DNA of 61,416 nucleotides from the IMG/VR virus record IMGVR_UViG_3300047509_000054, positions 1-61,416 of that record; one strand, given 5' to 3'. A program made the position numbers and the translations under genes. Origin of the DNA: a virus (Duplodnaviria; Caudoviricetes). Shown here piece by piece: positions 9,643 to 18,252 of this stretch. The notes under the pieces are model-generated. The model was not told the origin of the DNA, searched no databases, and was given only the letters and a program-made list of their open reading frames with translations. The number at the start of each line of letters is the position of its first letter. Position 1 is the stretch's first letter.

Positions 9643-10073
9643 TTGTCAAACTCCGACCTACGATAGCTTACACTAGTTATTGGGCCGGGTTCCAAAACCG
9701 CGATTTTAGGTTCGTACAGCGTCTTCAGCGCTAAATCATAATCGCGCTCGCTCTTCCGAAGAAGACTGTCCCGAGTTGTGGATTCTCCGCCACCCGATCG
9801 TCTCATCGACGCGGTTCTATAAAGTGTCATTGCATAGATAAACGATATTCCACCAGTAATAAATGGCGAGAAACCCAGATGTAAAGGCGACATTATCGTT
9901 GCTATAAACAACAGACAACTGGAATATATGCAGAATAGCCAGAAAATACCCACTGATTCATCACAGTCTTTTTCCCACTCATGCAAAATTGAAAACGTAA
10001 AAGTGGAAAGAAGACCAAACTCGGATATCAGTGTCATAACATATGCTGTCACATCACCTATATTGTCTCTCAT
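9639..10073 (-). CDS. Low-GC membrane protein (cargo of copy 2)
   Basis: About 3 hydrophobic segments; visibly AT-richer than flanks; AAGGA RBS; ATGA overlap with the next gene. Confidence 0.65.
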   Translation of the reverse strand: MRDNIGDVTAYVMTLISEFGLLSTFTFSILHEWEKDCDESVGIFWLFCIYSSCLLFIATIMSPLHLGFSPFITGGISFIYAMTLYRTASMRRSGGGESTTRDSLLRKSERDYDLALKTLYEPKIAVLEPGPITSVSYRRSEFDK

Positions 10074-10116
10074 CTAACTAGTCCTTGTGTTGTCGTGTTA
10101 ACATCTAAACCTACCA

Positions 10117-10510
10117 GACTGTCCCTGAGTTCAGACCCTCGTGATGGCCATAGGTCGCCTACCCGTCGGCGCGCAATTCGGCGCGCGTTCGAGTGGCGCC
10201 TATGGCCTCCAAGCGACTTTAAGACTGTCCCTTGAGACGAGCCCACGCTTAGACCACCGGCTCGCATTTCGTAGGTTTCCCCGTCTGACGCGCCCGAGCC
10301 GTTCGGCCGGCGATGGTGGTTTGCCAGGCCCATCTCCCACCATTGCGCCGCAGACCGACCGTCGATAAATCCCGAATGCCTGCGACGGTGCCAATCCCGG
10401 AGGATTGACCGATGCAGCCTGTGTACCTAAATTCGGGGGAAACGCTCCTGTCCCGGCTGCATTCCGGACTTGAGCGGGGCGACGGGAGTTGATAGCTCCT
10501 GTCGCCCGCC
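10117..10510 (-). ncRNA. Putative ~400-nt structured RNA, copy 2 (family unknown)
   Basis: Inverted homolog of 2901-3298; same stems; C(UCCG)G loop replaces the GAGA loop. Confidence 0.75.
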
Positions 10511-10513
10511 TTC

Positions 10514-10543
10514 ATTCTAGAGCCATTTTCGTCGTCGATGCAA
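10514..10543 (-). promoter_or_regulatory. sigma70-like promoter of element copy 2
   Basis: TTGCAT-N18-TAGAAT on the minus strand directly before the first hairpin. Confidence 0.65.
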
Positions 10544-10554
10544 GCGCGCCGCAT

Positions 10555-11871
10555 TCAAGCCGCCGATACCTTGATCGTCTGTCCCCCGCCGCCCGCGAGG
10601 CCCGCCGCGAACTTCGCCAGCGCGTCCGAGAGCGAAGCGTCCTGCGCGAGCGAGTCCTTCAGGATAGACTCGTAGAGCGCTGTCGAGAGGCCGGTTTCCT
10701 GTATGCCCGTCGAGAGGAGGGTGCTCGCGAGGCTAGCGCCCTGCGACTGCTCGTTGATGCCCTGCGCGAGAAGGCTCTGCGCCAGCGTGCCGCGCTGCGC
10801 CGCGATCTGGTTGTCGACGTTGGCGAGATCCTGCTGCTCCGCCGACGATCCCGACATGCCGCGCGAGGCGTACTGGCTGCGGATGGTCGCCTTGGCGGAT
10901 GCGGCGGCTGTCGTGAGTTGCTGTTCGAGGCCGGGCGGCAGTTTCCCGGCTGCGGCGTCGTTGGCGATGGTGGTGCCCTGCGTCGTGAGGTTCCCAGCCG
11001 TGCTGCCGACCGTTGCCGCGTTCGGGCCGATGAGCGAGTTTCCTTGGCTGGCGAGTTTGTCCGCTGCGGAACTGAGATTGCCGGCGGCGGCGGAAGCGCC
11101 GGGGATGGTCGGCTGGTTGAGCGCCTCGAAGCCGAGAATGCCGGCGCCGAGAACAGCGCCCGGATTGTTGACGAGGCCGCCGCCGATCGTGCCGGCCGGG
11201 TCGTTGAGGAATTTGGTGAAACTCGAATCGGGCGACGGTTTGATGCCGGATGCTCCGAAGGCATTTTCTCCGGCAGCGATAGCGGATGGTCGCGCTCCTC
11301 CTGCGGTGTCGGCGTTGAAAGCATCGGTCGCCGTTTTGTCGAGTCCCGCTGGTGCCGTCGCATCAGGGCCGGAGAAGGGCACCGAGGCGGGCGCGGCGAC
11401 CGGGCCGGCAGCGGAAGCGATGCCGACAGGGGCTGCACCGGGAGGAGCCACGGCAGGCGCTACGGGGGCGATGGCTTGCCCCACCGGCGAGGCAAAGGCG
11501 GAAGCGGGGTCAATGGCAGGGGGCGCTATTGCACCGGCGGCGCCACCAGCCTGCGGAGCGACGCCCAACGCAGTCGCGATATCCTGCCCGCCGATCGAAG
11601 CCTCGGTGAGCGCGGCGGGGATAGCAGTGCTGGCCGCATCCGTCGCAACTGGTGCGACATCCGCCGCACCGCTGGCACCCGCTGCGGCAGCATCGGCAGC
11701 CGTCGATGACAGTTGGCCCGCCGTACCGGCGGCATCCGCCGCAGCGGGCGCCGTTCCACCGAAGAAGTCGCTGACTGCGGTTCCAGCCTGATCGAGCACC
11801 GCGCCGAGGTCGCAGACGATCGAGTGCGGGATGTCGCAGAGCCAGATCTCAGCGTTGAAGACGTGCGTCAT
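10555..11871 (-). CDS. Ala/Gly-rich internal virion / pilot-like protein
   Basis: Low-complexity N-half; 'ASRGMSGSSAEQ' type motif; ATG overlaps the upstream stop. Confidence 0.6.
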   Translation of the reverse strand: MTHVFNAEIWLCDIPHSIVCDLGAVLDQAGTAVSDFFGGTAPAAADAAGTAGQLSSTAADAAAAGASGAADVAPVATDAASTAIPAALTEASIGGQDIATALGVAPQAGGAAGAIAPPAIDPASAFASPVGQAIAPVAPAVAPPGAAPVGIASAAGPVAAPASVPFSGPDATAPAGLDKTATDAFNADTAGGARPSAIAAGENAFGASGIKPSPDSSFTKFLNDPAGTIGGGLVNNPGAVLGAGILGFEALNQPTIPGASAAAGNLSSAADKLASQGNSLIGPNAATVGSTAGNLTTQGTTIANDAAAGKLPPGLEQQLTTAAASAKATIRSQYASRGMSGSSAEQQDLANVDNQIAAQRGTLAQSLLAQGINEQSQGASLASTLLSTGIQETGLSTALYESILKDSLAQDASLSDALAKFAAGLAGGGGQTIKVSAA

Positions 11872-12296
11872 AGAGAAAACTCCATCCGAAACGACGGTGT
11901 GCTCGCGGTGAACCCGAGAGCGGTAGCGAGCGGCGTTGCATCGGTCCCGTTCGTCGGGCGCAGCGTCACCGTGCCGACGCCGTTCACCTCCATCCAGAAA
12001 AGTACCTGCCGGAAGATGCGCAGCAGTTCGCCGGCATGGCCCGCCGTGTCCGAGAACCAGAACGGGAACAACCCCTCCATGACGATCTGGTCGGGAAGCC
12101 GCTGCTGCTTGACGCCGACGACGACGGTGTGCTCGCCGCGCGCAAAGCACCAGTTCGGATTCCTGAGACGGTCCAGCACCCACGTCGCCCATGCGCCGCG
12201 TCCGAGTTTTCGCTTGTAGCACCGCTCGGCGAGGTCGAGCGCCCATTCGATGTCGGCCTCGGTGAGGCGGCGCATTTCATGGGCGATGGTGTCCAT
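11868..12296 (-). CDS. GNAT-fold-like virion assembly protein (putative)
   Basis: 'MRRLTEADIEW...ALGF' pattern and position between nozzle and ejection genes. Confidence 0.45.
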   Translation of the reverse strand: MDTIAHEMRRLTEADIEWALDLAERCYKRKLGRGAWATWVLDRLRNPNWCFARGEHTVVVGVKQQRLPDQIVMEGLFPFWFSDTAGHAGELLRIFRQVLFWMEVNGVGTVTLRPTNGTDATPLATALGFTASTPSFRMEFSL

Positions 12297-12297
12297 G

Positions 12298-13467
12298 TCA
12301 GCGCGGTCCCGGCGCGAACGAGGACGCGCTCAACTGGCGCAGCAGGGCGTCGAGGACGGGATCGCCGCCGGCAGCGCCGCCGAGCGTGCCTGCATTCTGC
12401 CCCACCGTTTGACCACCCATAGCACTCGTTCCCGGATCCGTTCCTGATCCGATTCCCGTACCAACGCCCCCAGTATTTGCAGCAGAAACATTACCGCCGG
12501 GGTTGTTCTGCGCATCGACGCCGTGCATCGCCATGTTCGCGCCCGTACTAAGAGCGCCGATCGCCGTCCCAAATCCTGGCGCGGCGAGGTTGCCAAGCGT
12601 TCCAGTGAGAACGCCAACACCCATCCTTTCCGGCGTGGAGGTGATGCCGAACGGATTGGCGAGAAACCCCATTACATCCTTCGCCGTCGTCCCCACTGCA
12701 CCCGCACTCTGCGCCGGTCCACCTTGACCTTGATCGTCCGAGCTTTGCCCCAATCCAGTTCCCACGCCGCCCATGCCTGGACCTGTCCCGCCGGTCGCCG
12801 AGCCGCCGCCGGTCGCACCCGTTCCTGTGCCGCCACCGCCGCCCATGTCGCTGCCGCTCGGATCGCCTGACGCGCCGCCGGGATCGCCCGCCCCGCTGTC
12901 GGTACCCTCGCCGAAAAACTCTGGCAGCCCCGTCTCGGGATGAACGCTGTTTCCCTTCGCGCCAACCGTGTAGCGATCCTTGTCGATCTTGTGTTTGGCG
13001 AGCAGAGCGTCGAGTTCGCCCTTGAACTTGCCCTTGATGCTTTCGACCGGGATGTTGAGGTCGCCCTTGCTCGCGTGGGTGAGGGTGTCGTCTCCGTTGC
13101 GCCCTCGCTTGGCGACGTGGTCGAGGACGTATTGCATGACGGTTCGCCCCTTCTCCGGGGTGTCGCCCATGACGGCAGAAGCGTCCGGTTGTCTCATATC
13201 GGCTCCATTTCCGGGCGCGGCGGCGGGCACCACACTGCTCTTATACTTTTCCGGGTTCCACTGAGGATCGCTCAGTTTGCGTCGTATCGAATCAACCTCC
13301 GCTTCCGCCTTGGGATCGCGCGGCATGATCTGCTCGTATCGATCCATGCGCGGGTTGATGCTGTTCCACCAGTCGAGTCCCGGCGTGAAGCGATCGTCGC
13401 CGAAGTCTGGTCCGCTCCCGCCCGGAGTGAGTTCGTAGCCAAGCGACTTGATGCCTTGGACCGCCAT
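12298..13467 (-). CDS. Virion/ejection-associated protein
   Basis: 'GRNGDDTLTH...HPETGLPEFF' motif seen in phage internal proteins; Gly-rich tail. Confidence 0.55.
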   Translation of the reverse strand: MAVQGIKSLGYELTPGGSGPDFGDDRFTPGLDWWNSINPRMDRYEQIMPRDPKAEAEVDSIRRKLSDPQWNPEKYKSSVVPAAAPGNGADMRQPDASAVMGDTPEKGRTVMQYVLDHVAKRGRNGDDTLTHASKGDLNIPVESIKGKFKGELDALLAKHKIDKDRYTVGAKGNSVHPETGLPEFFGEGTDSGAGDPGGASGDPSGSDMGGGGGTGTGATGGGSATGGTGPGMGGVGTGLGQSSDDQGQGGPAQSAGAVGTTAKDVMGFLANPFGITSTPERMGVGVLTGTLGNLAAPGFGTAIGALSTGANMAMHGVDAQNNPGGNVSAANTGGVGTGIGSGTDPGTSAMGGQTVGQNAGTLGGAAGGDPVLDALLRQLSASSFAPGPR

Positions 13468-13468
13468 C

Positions 13469-13801
13469 TCAGATCCTCAGAGCCGCCCGCGCCGAGTAAT
13501 GCTGCTGATAGACCGAGTAGATCCAGCCTTGCAGATCCTTGGGATCGTCGAAGTTCACGAACTCCACGTCGGCGCCGTCGAGTTGCAGCGCGCCGTTGAT
13601 GCCGGAGAGCGCCGACTGATTGCGCTCAAGCCACAACTGCCGGTCGCCGGGCGGGATCGGGTCGAGCTGGTACTGCGGGAGGGAGACGCCCTTCTGCGCG
13701 AGGATCGCCTCTTGAATCTCGACGATGTCAGCCGCCGATGCGAAGGACCAGCGAGCCCAATCCAGTTCGGTGACTGGCGTGTTGAGCAAGGATGCCAGCA
13801 T
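13469..13801 (-). CDS. Hypothetical virion protein
   Basis: In-operon ORF, ATG at 13801. Confidence 0.6.
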   Translation of the reverse strand: MLASLLNTPVTELDWARWSFASAADIVEIQEAILAQKGVSLPQYQLDPIPPGDRQLWLERNQSALSGINGALQLDGADVEFVNFDDPKDLQGWIYSVYQQHYSARAALRI

Positions 13802-13806
13802 CGCCG

Positions 13807-14040
13807 CTATCTCTTTCGCGTGTCCTCGTCGCGAGAAACCTTGAGCTTGTAGAGCGGGCGCCGTCCCCACTCGTACGGCTCTCCCGGCAGCGGCGGATAG
13901 TCCGGGCCGTTCTCCCAAATCTTGATCTTGCCGTCTGGGATGACGCGGGTACCGACTGGCGTCTGCGCGACGAATCCCTTCGGGTTCTCGCCGTCCGCCA
14001 TGATGCCCTCGAAGTCGAGCGAGCCGTTCTTGCGTGGCAT
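13807..14040 (-). CDS. Hypothetical protein
   Basis: AGGAGG RBS; in-operon. Confidence 0.65.
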   Translation of the reverse strand: MPRKNGSLDFEGIMADGENPKGFVAQTPVGTRVIPDGKIKIWENGPDYPPLPGEPYEWGRRPLYKLKVSRDEDTRKR

Positions 14041-14048
14041 GGTGCCTC

Positions 14049-16334
14049 CTAGCCGAAGACGCTGCCCTGATGCTGGTACGCGAGGGCGAGGTTCTCGATG
14101 GTGAAGTCGGGCGAGGTCGAAACTACAGTGAATCCAAGGTTAAAGCCAACGATGTCGCCGGAACCCTGGGCGAAGACGGCGACCGAGGGCAGCCCGTCGC
14201 CTGCCGGATTTGGCGCCGGGAACGTCATCGTGTTGGGCATCGCGTAGGATTGATTGCTGTCCGTATCGACCGTGCCGGTGAGGGTCACGCCGGCCTGTGC
14301 CGCCGAGCGGTCCTGCCCTTGCGCGTAGAGGGCGAGCGCCGTCTTTTGGAGGAAGATCTCGCTCGCCCCGTAGTGCTTGGATACGAGGCGCTTCTGCAAC
14401 GTCGCGGAGGGCACGGAAAGGAGCGGTCTGAGTGTCGTGCCGTCCGTTCCCCATGAGGTGATGATCGTGCCGACTTCTTGCGTCGAGATGTAGATCAGCG
14501 CCGACGACTGGCTGACGATGAACCACTCCTTCTCGTCCCAGCCGAGCATGACGTTGCGCTGCGCCTTGGTGACGGGATCGAGAATGGTCATCAGCAGCAG
14601 ATAGACGCGGATCGAGAAGATCTCGGCAACTGCGGCGCTCGGCAGTAGCGCGCCCGGTGTCGGCGGGAAGATCGCGTTGTTGAAAATCTCGTCGATCTTG
14701 CTTGAGATCTTGGTCACCGCGCCGCCGTAGAGACCGAAGACGCCGAGCGGGTTGGCAAAGAGGACGGTGCGCCCGTAATCCTGCAACGTGTCGCGCCATG
14801 ACGTTCCGATCTGCGGGTCGGTGTTCTGGTAGTTGAACGTCGTCGCCGGTGGACTGCCCGCAGTCTGGACGTTCGAGATGACCGAGACCGACGAATCGCC
14901 GAACGGATAGAGGAAACCGTTCGCCTGCCGCATCGCGCTGTAATTGACCCGCAAGAATCGATCAGTCGAAGTGAAGATGAGGCCACCGTCCGAGGTCGCG
15001 AAATCGGTCAGAGAGCCCGGCGCCGAGACGAGGAAGACGCCGCCGTTGTTCTGCTTGCCGGACTGGTTCGGGAATGGCAACCAAACGCGGCTTGAGAACG
15101 TTTCGATGGCGGCGCCCGAGACGCCGAAGGGCATTACCGTCGCTGTGGCGGCGGCTGCGCTGTTGACTCCGGATTGGATAGTGACGGCGGGCGCGCTGGT
15201 GTATCCCGTGCCAGCAACGCCCGGCGTCACTGCGGAGATTGCTCCCGTCGTCAGCGTCGTGGTTGCGGTTGCGCCCGAACCGCCTCCGCCGGAGACGACG
15301 AGGGTCGGCGCAACGCCGAATCCCGTGCCGCCGTTGACGATGCTGTACGAGGCAACCGTCGTCGGCGCGAGAAAGGCCGCCGCCAAAGCACCAGAACCTC
15401 CGCCGGAAGGGAACGTGACAGCCGGCGCGTCGGTGTAGCCGGCGCCGCTTGCGCTCAAGAAGATGCTGACGACCGCGCCTGTCGCATCGACGGTATATGT
15501 TCCGGTCGCCCCGCCGGCACCTGAAAACGCGAGCGCATAAGTACCCGCCGCGTAGCCGCTGCCGCCCGCCAGAAGCGATACATGATCCACCTTGGCCGCC
15601 GTGAGCACGGCCGTGATGATGGCGCCCGTGTCGCTGCCTCCACCGGAGAAGGCGAATTGCACGACATCGCCGGGATGGTAGCCGGCGCCTTGGTTTGAGA
15701 TGATGACCGCGACGACGGTGCCGTTCGCGATGACGGCGGTGGCGACGACGCCTGACCCGCTCCCTCCGAACGCGGTGACGCCCGGCGCGGAGGAATACCC
15801 GGACCCGCCCGAGAGAAGGGTCACCACCGGCCCTATCGAACCCGCCGTGTAGAGGATCGCGCCGTCCCAGATCCAGTACGAGTTCGGCGTGATGTTCGAG
15901 GCGATGAGGAGGTACTGAGAGCCTGACTGCACGCAGGCTGGCAGGATGCCGCCTTTATAGAATGTTCCCGGAACCGACGAAATGACCGTCACCGCCAGCG
16001 TCGCGATGTTGACCTGGACGGCGGTGCCATCGGACAGGAACACTGCTTCGTAGATCGTCGCGCCGATGTTGAAGCCAAAGTGCGAGACGATCGTGAGGGG
16101 CGGCGTCGGGTTGTAGATCGCGGTGCCGATGTCCCAGCAGGAGCGGAGTTTCCCCGGCCCGGTGCGGATGAGGTTTTCGAGGACGAAGAAGTCGGTATCT
16201 CCCATCCCCGAGCGCGATGCCTGCTGATCCATCCCGCCGAACGGCATGGGCGACCAGACGCGGAACCCCTCGGGGATGCCGAGTTGCGATTGCAGCTTGG
16301 AGGAAATCTCGGCAGTGTTCGGGGAGAGCGCCAT
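14049..16334 (-). CDS. Tail nozzle / stabilisation protein with inserted GSGY repeats
   Basis: 761 aa, beta-rich, follows the adaptor; central repeats of 'V.l..GG.GY..AP.V'. Confidence 0.65.
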   Translation of the reverse strand: MALSPNTAEISSKLQSQLGIPEGFRVWSPMPFGGMDQQASRSGMGDTDFFVLENLIRTGPGKLRSCWDIGTAIYNPTPPLTIVSHFGFNIGATIYEAVFLSDGTAVQVNIATLAVTVISSVPGTFYKGGILPACVQSGSQYLLIASNITPNSYWIWDGAILYTAGSIGPVVTLLSGGSGYSSAPGVTAFGGSGSGVVATAVIANGTVVAVIISNQGAGYHPGDVVQFAFSGGGSDTGAIITAVLTAAKVDHVSLLAGGSGYAAGTYALAFSGAGGATGTYTVDATGAVVSIFLSASGAGYTDAPAVTFPSGGGSGALAAAFLAPTTVASYSIVNGGTGFGVAPTLVVSGGGGSGATATTTLTTGAISAVTPGVAGTGYTSAPAVTIQSGVNSAAAATATVMPFGVSGAAIETFSSRVWLPFPNQSGKQNNGGVFLVSAPGSLTDFATSDGGLIFTSTDRFLRVNYSAMRQANGFLYPFGDSSVSVISNVQTAGSPPATTFNYQNTDPQIGTSWRDTLQDYGRTVLFANPLGVFGLYGGAVTKISSKIDEIFNNAIFPPTPGALLPSAAVAEIFSIRVYLLLMTILDPVTKAQRNVMLGWDEKEWFIVSQSSALIYISTQEVGTIITSWGTDGTTLRPLLSVPSATLQKRLVSKHYGASEIFLQKTALALYAQGQDRSAAQAGVTLTGTVDTDSNQSYAMPNTMTFPAPNPAGDGLPSVAVFAQGSGDIVGFNLGFTVVSTSPDFTIENLALAYQHQGSVFG

Positions 16335-17141
16335 CTAGCGGTAGGTGCCGTACCAGTCGGCGACCTTCCCCGAATCCGTGGCGAACCGCGCGATGCCGAG
16401 ATCGTCGGCGAAGAGGTCCATCATCAGCCGCGCCTGACCCATCCGGCCCGATCCGTAATAGGCCATCCCGGCGGCGTAATACTTGACCGCGCCCTGGAAG
16501 CCCTCGGGGATAGCGTCGTAGTCGCTGTCCGTCGCGAGCGGCGAGGGAACGCAGAGCGTGTCCCACTCCATCTCTCCGTTCGGCCCGCCTTGCGACGGCG
16601 CCGGGAACAGCCAAACCTGCCCGTTGTCGCCTTCGTTCGTACACGACCAAATCCACGGGAACGAGGTCACCCCGAGATTGTACGACCGCGCGTAAGCCTG
16701 GAGGTCTTCCCACGGCATCCACGTCATCATCGGGCGCGACGATCCCCAAGTCACCGCGACGTTCAGCACGTTGATGATGTGGTCGATGCCCTGGCTCTGC
16801 GCCCGCGCGTAGGGGTTCGCATAGCCGTAGGGGTACATCTCGACGCCGGTGATCGTGTTGAATGAATTGGTGTCGGTCGACTTCTGGCCGGCGAGGTTGA
16901 CGTTATTCGCCACCGCGCCGGGCAGCGTGCCGGGAACGAACGCGCCGGGGGTCATGTTGCCGGGTTGCGCGGAGGTGCCGAAAGGCGACTGGCCGGTGAC
17001 GAGGACGCGCAGGCAAGAGGTGTGCTGCGCGACCTTGCGACGGGCGAGCATTATCCAGCGTTTGAGCTGCTTGTCGCTCAAAAAGAGCGCTGAATTATCC
17101 CGCAGCAGGCTCCGCGTGTCGGTGAGATAGTCGCTGAGCAC
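16335..17141 (-). CDS. Head-tail adaptor protein
   Basis: 'L.DY....R.LL.D...L.RWI..AR' N-terminus and 'LFPAP...IPE.F..AV.YYAA' C-terminus; position after capsid genes. Confidence 0.65.
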   Translation of the reverse strand: MLSDYLTDTRSLLRDNSALFLSDKQLKRWIMLARRKVAQHTSCLRVLVTGQSPFGTSAQPGNMTPGAFVPGTLPGAVANNVNLAGQKSTDTNSFNTITGVEMYPYGYANPYARAQSQGIDHIINVLNVAVTWGSSRPMMTWMPWEDLQAYARSYNLGVTSFPWIWSCTNEGDNGQVWLFPAPSQGGPNGEMEWDTLCVPSPLATDSDYDAIPEGFQGAVKYYAAGMAYYGSGRMGQARLMMDLFADDLGIARFATDSGKVADWYGTYR

Positions 17142-17158
17142 TCACACCGCCTCTCCGA

Positions 17159-18235
17159 TCAGATCGCGTAGAAATGCACCTGATCGACCGCGCCGCCCAT
17201 GCTCGGCGTCGGCGTTCCGGGCGGGTTCACCGACGAGTTCGCTGTGCCGTAGAGGATGACCGAAGGCGTGCCCGAGTAGATGCCGCCGTCGAGCACCGTC
17301 TGCGCCGAGTTCGAGATCGCGCCGGCCGTGATCGTCGCCAAGATGGATGCCTTGCGCGGGCGCACCAGCAGCGCTTGCGTCGTCGGGTTGATGTAGGCAG
17401 CCGTCGTCGTCGGGAAGCCGCCGAGCGCCGACAACTCCACCGCGCCCTGCACCGCCGAGAAGCCCGATCCCGTCGTCGCAAAGGACACGCCGAGAAGCGC
17501 CCAGCACATGATCGGGGTAGCCGCAAAGCCGGTGCCGCCGCCACCCGTGGCGGTCAGCGTCGGAACAGCCGTCAGCGGGTTGCCGTGGTCGGTGCAGAGC
17601 AGGCCGGTGATGGTTTGCGCGCCGGTCAGCACGCACGATGCTTGCCCGTTTGCTCCCACGCCGTCGCGCCCGTCGTTGGTGATCGTGATCGTCGGCGCCT
17701 GCGTGTAGCCCGCGCCCTGGTCGGTGACCGTGATCGAGGTGACCGCGCCCGCCGAGATCGTCGCAAAGCCCGTCGCCTGAATGCCGGGGGTCGGCGGAAC
17801 AGAGAACTCGATGACCGGCGGATAGACGTAGCCTTGCCCGCCGTTCGTCACGGTGATCGCGGTGCCGACTGCGCCGCCGACGATCGCGAGCCACACCGAC
17901 GCGCCAGCCGATGCCGTGACAACCGGGGCCGACGTGAAGCCCGTCCCAGCAGCGGTGATCAGCGCGCCGACCGCGCAACCCGTCTGGTTCGCCATCCGCA
18001 TGTTGACGCCGTCCGAGTAGACGTTGAGCGGCGATGCGGTCGGCCAGTCGCCGCCAATCGTCCGCCACGTCGTCGTGACCGGATCGTACTCCTGGACTGC
18101 GGTGTAGCGACCGCAGCGCACCATCCACGCGCCCGGATTGATGAGGTCGACCTGCCCCGGCTCCATGGTCTGGATGTTGGTCGGCTGCCCCCGGAGAGTG
18201 GGCTGTACTCCTGGCGCTCCATAAACGACGGGCAT
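17159..18235 (-). CDS. Capsid decoration / minor structural protein with GSGY repeats
   Basis: Directly after MCP; repeats such as 'ITVTNGGQGY..PP.I'. Confidence 0.55.
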   Translation of the reverse strand: MPVVYGAPGVQPTLRGQPTNIQTMEPGQVDLINPGAWMVRCGRYTAVQEYDPVTTTWRTIGGDWPTASPLNVYSDGVNMRMANQTGCAVGALITAAGTGFTSAPVVTASAGASVWLAIVGGAVGTAITVTNGGQGYVYPPVIEFSVPPTPGIQATGFATISAGAVTSITVTDQGAGYTQAPTITITNDGRDGVGANGQASCVLTGAQTITGLLCTDHGNPLTAVPTLTATGGGGTGFAATPIMCWALLGVSFATTGSGFSAVQGAVELSALGGFPTTTAAYINPTTQALLVRPRKASILATITAGAISNSAQTVLDGGIYSGTPSVILYGTANSSVNPPGTPTPSMGGAVDQVHFYAI

Positions 18236-18252
18236 CGGTTTCTAGCTCCTAC

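Noticed and set aside
10117-10510. Twin element as a group I intron
   Set aside because: AAGGGACAGTC resembles the S element, but I found no matching R/P7 partner and the element does not interrupt a gene; a covariance search is needed to exclude it fully.
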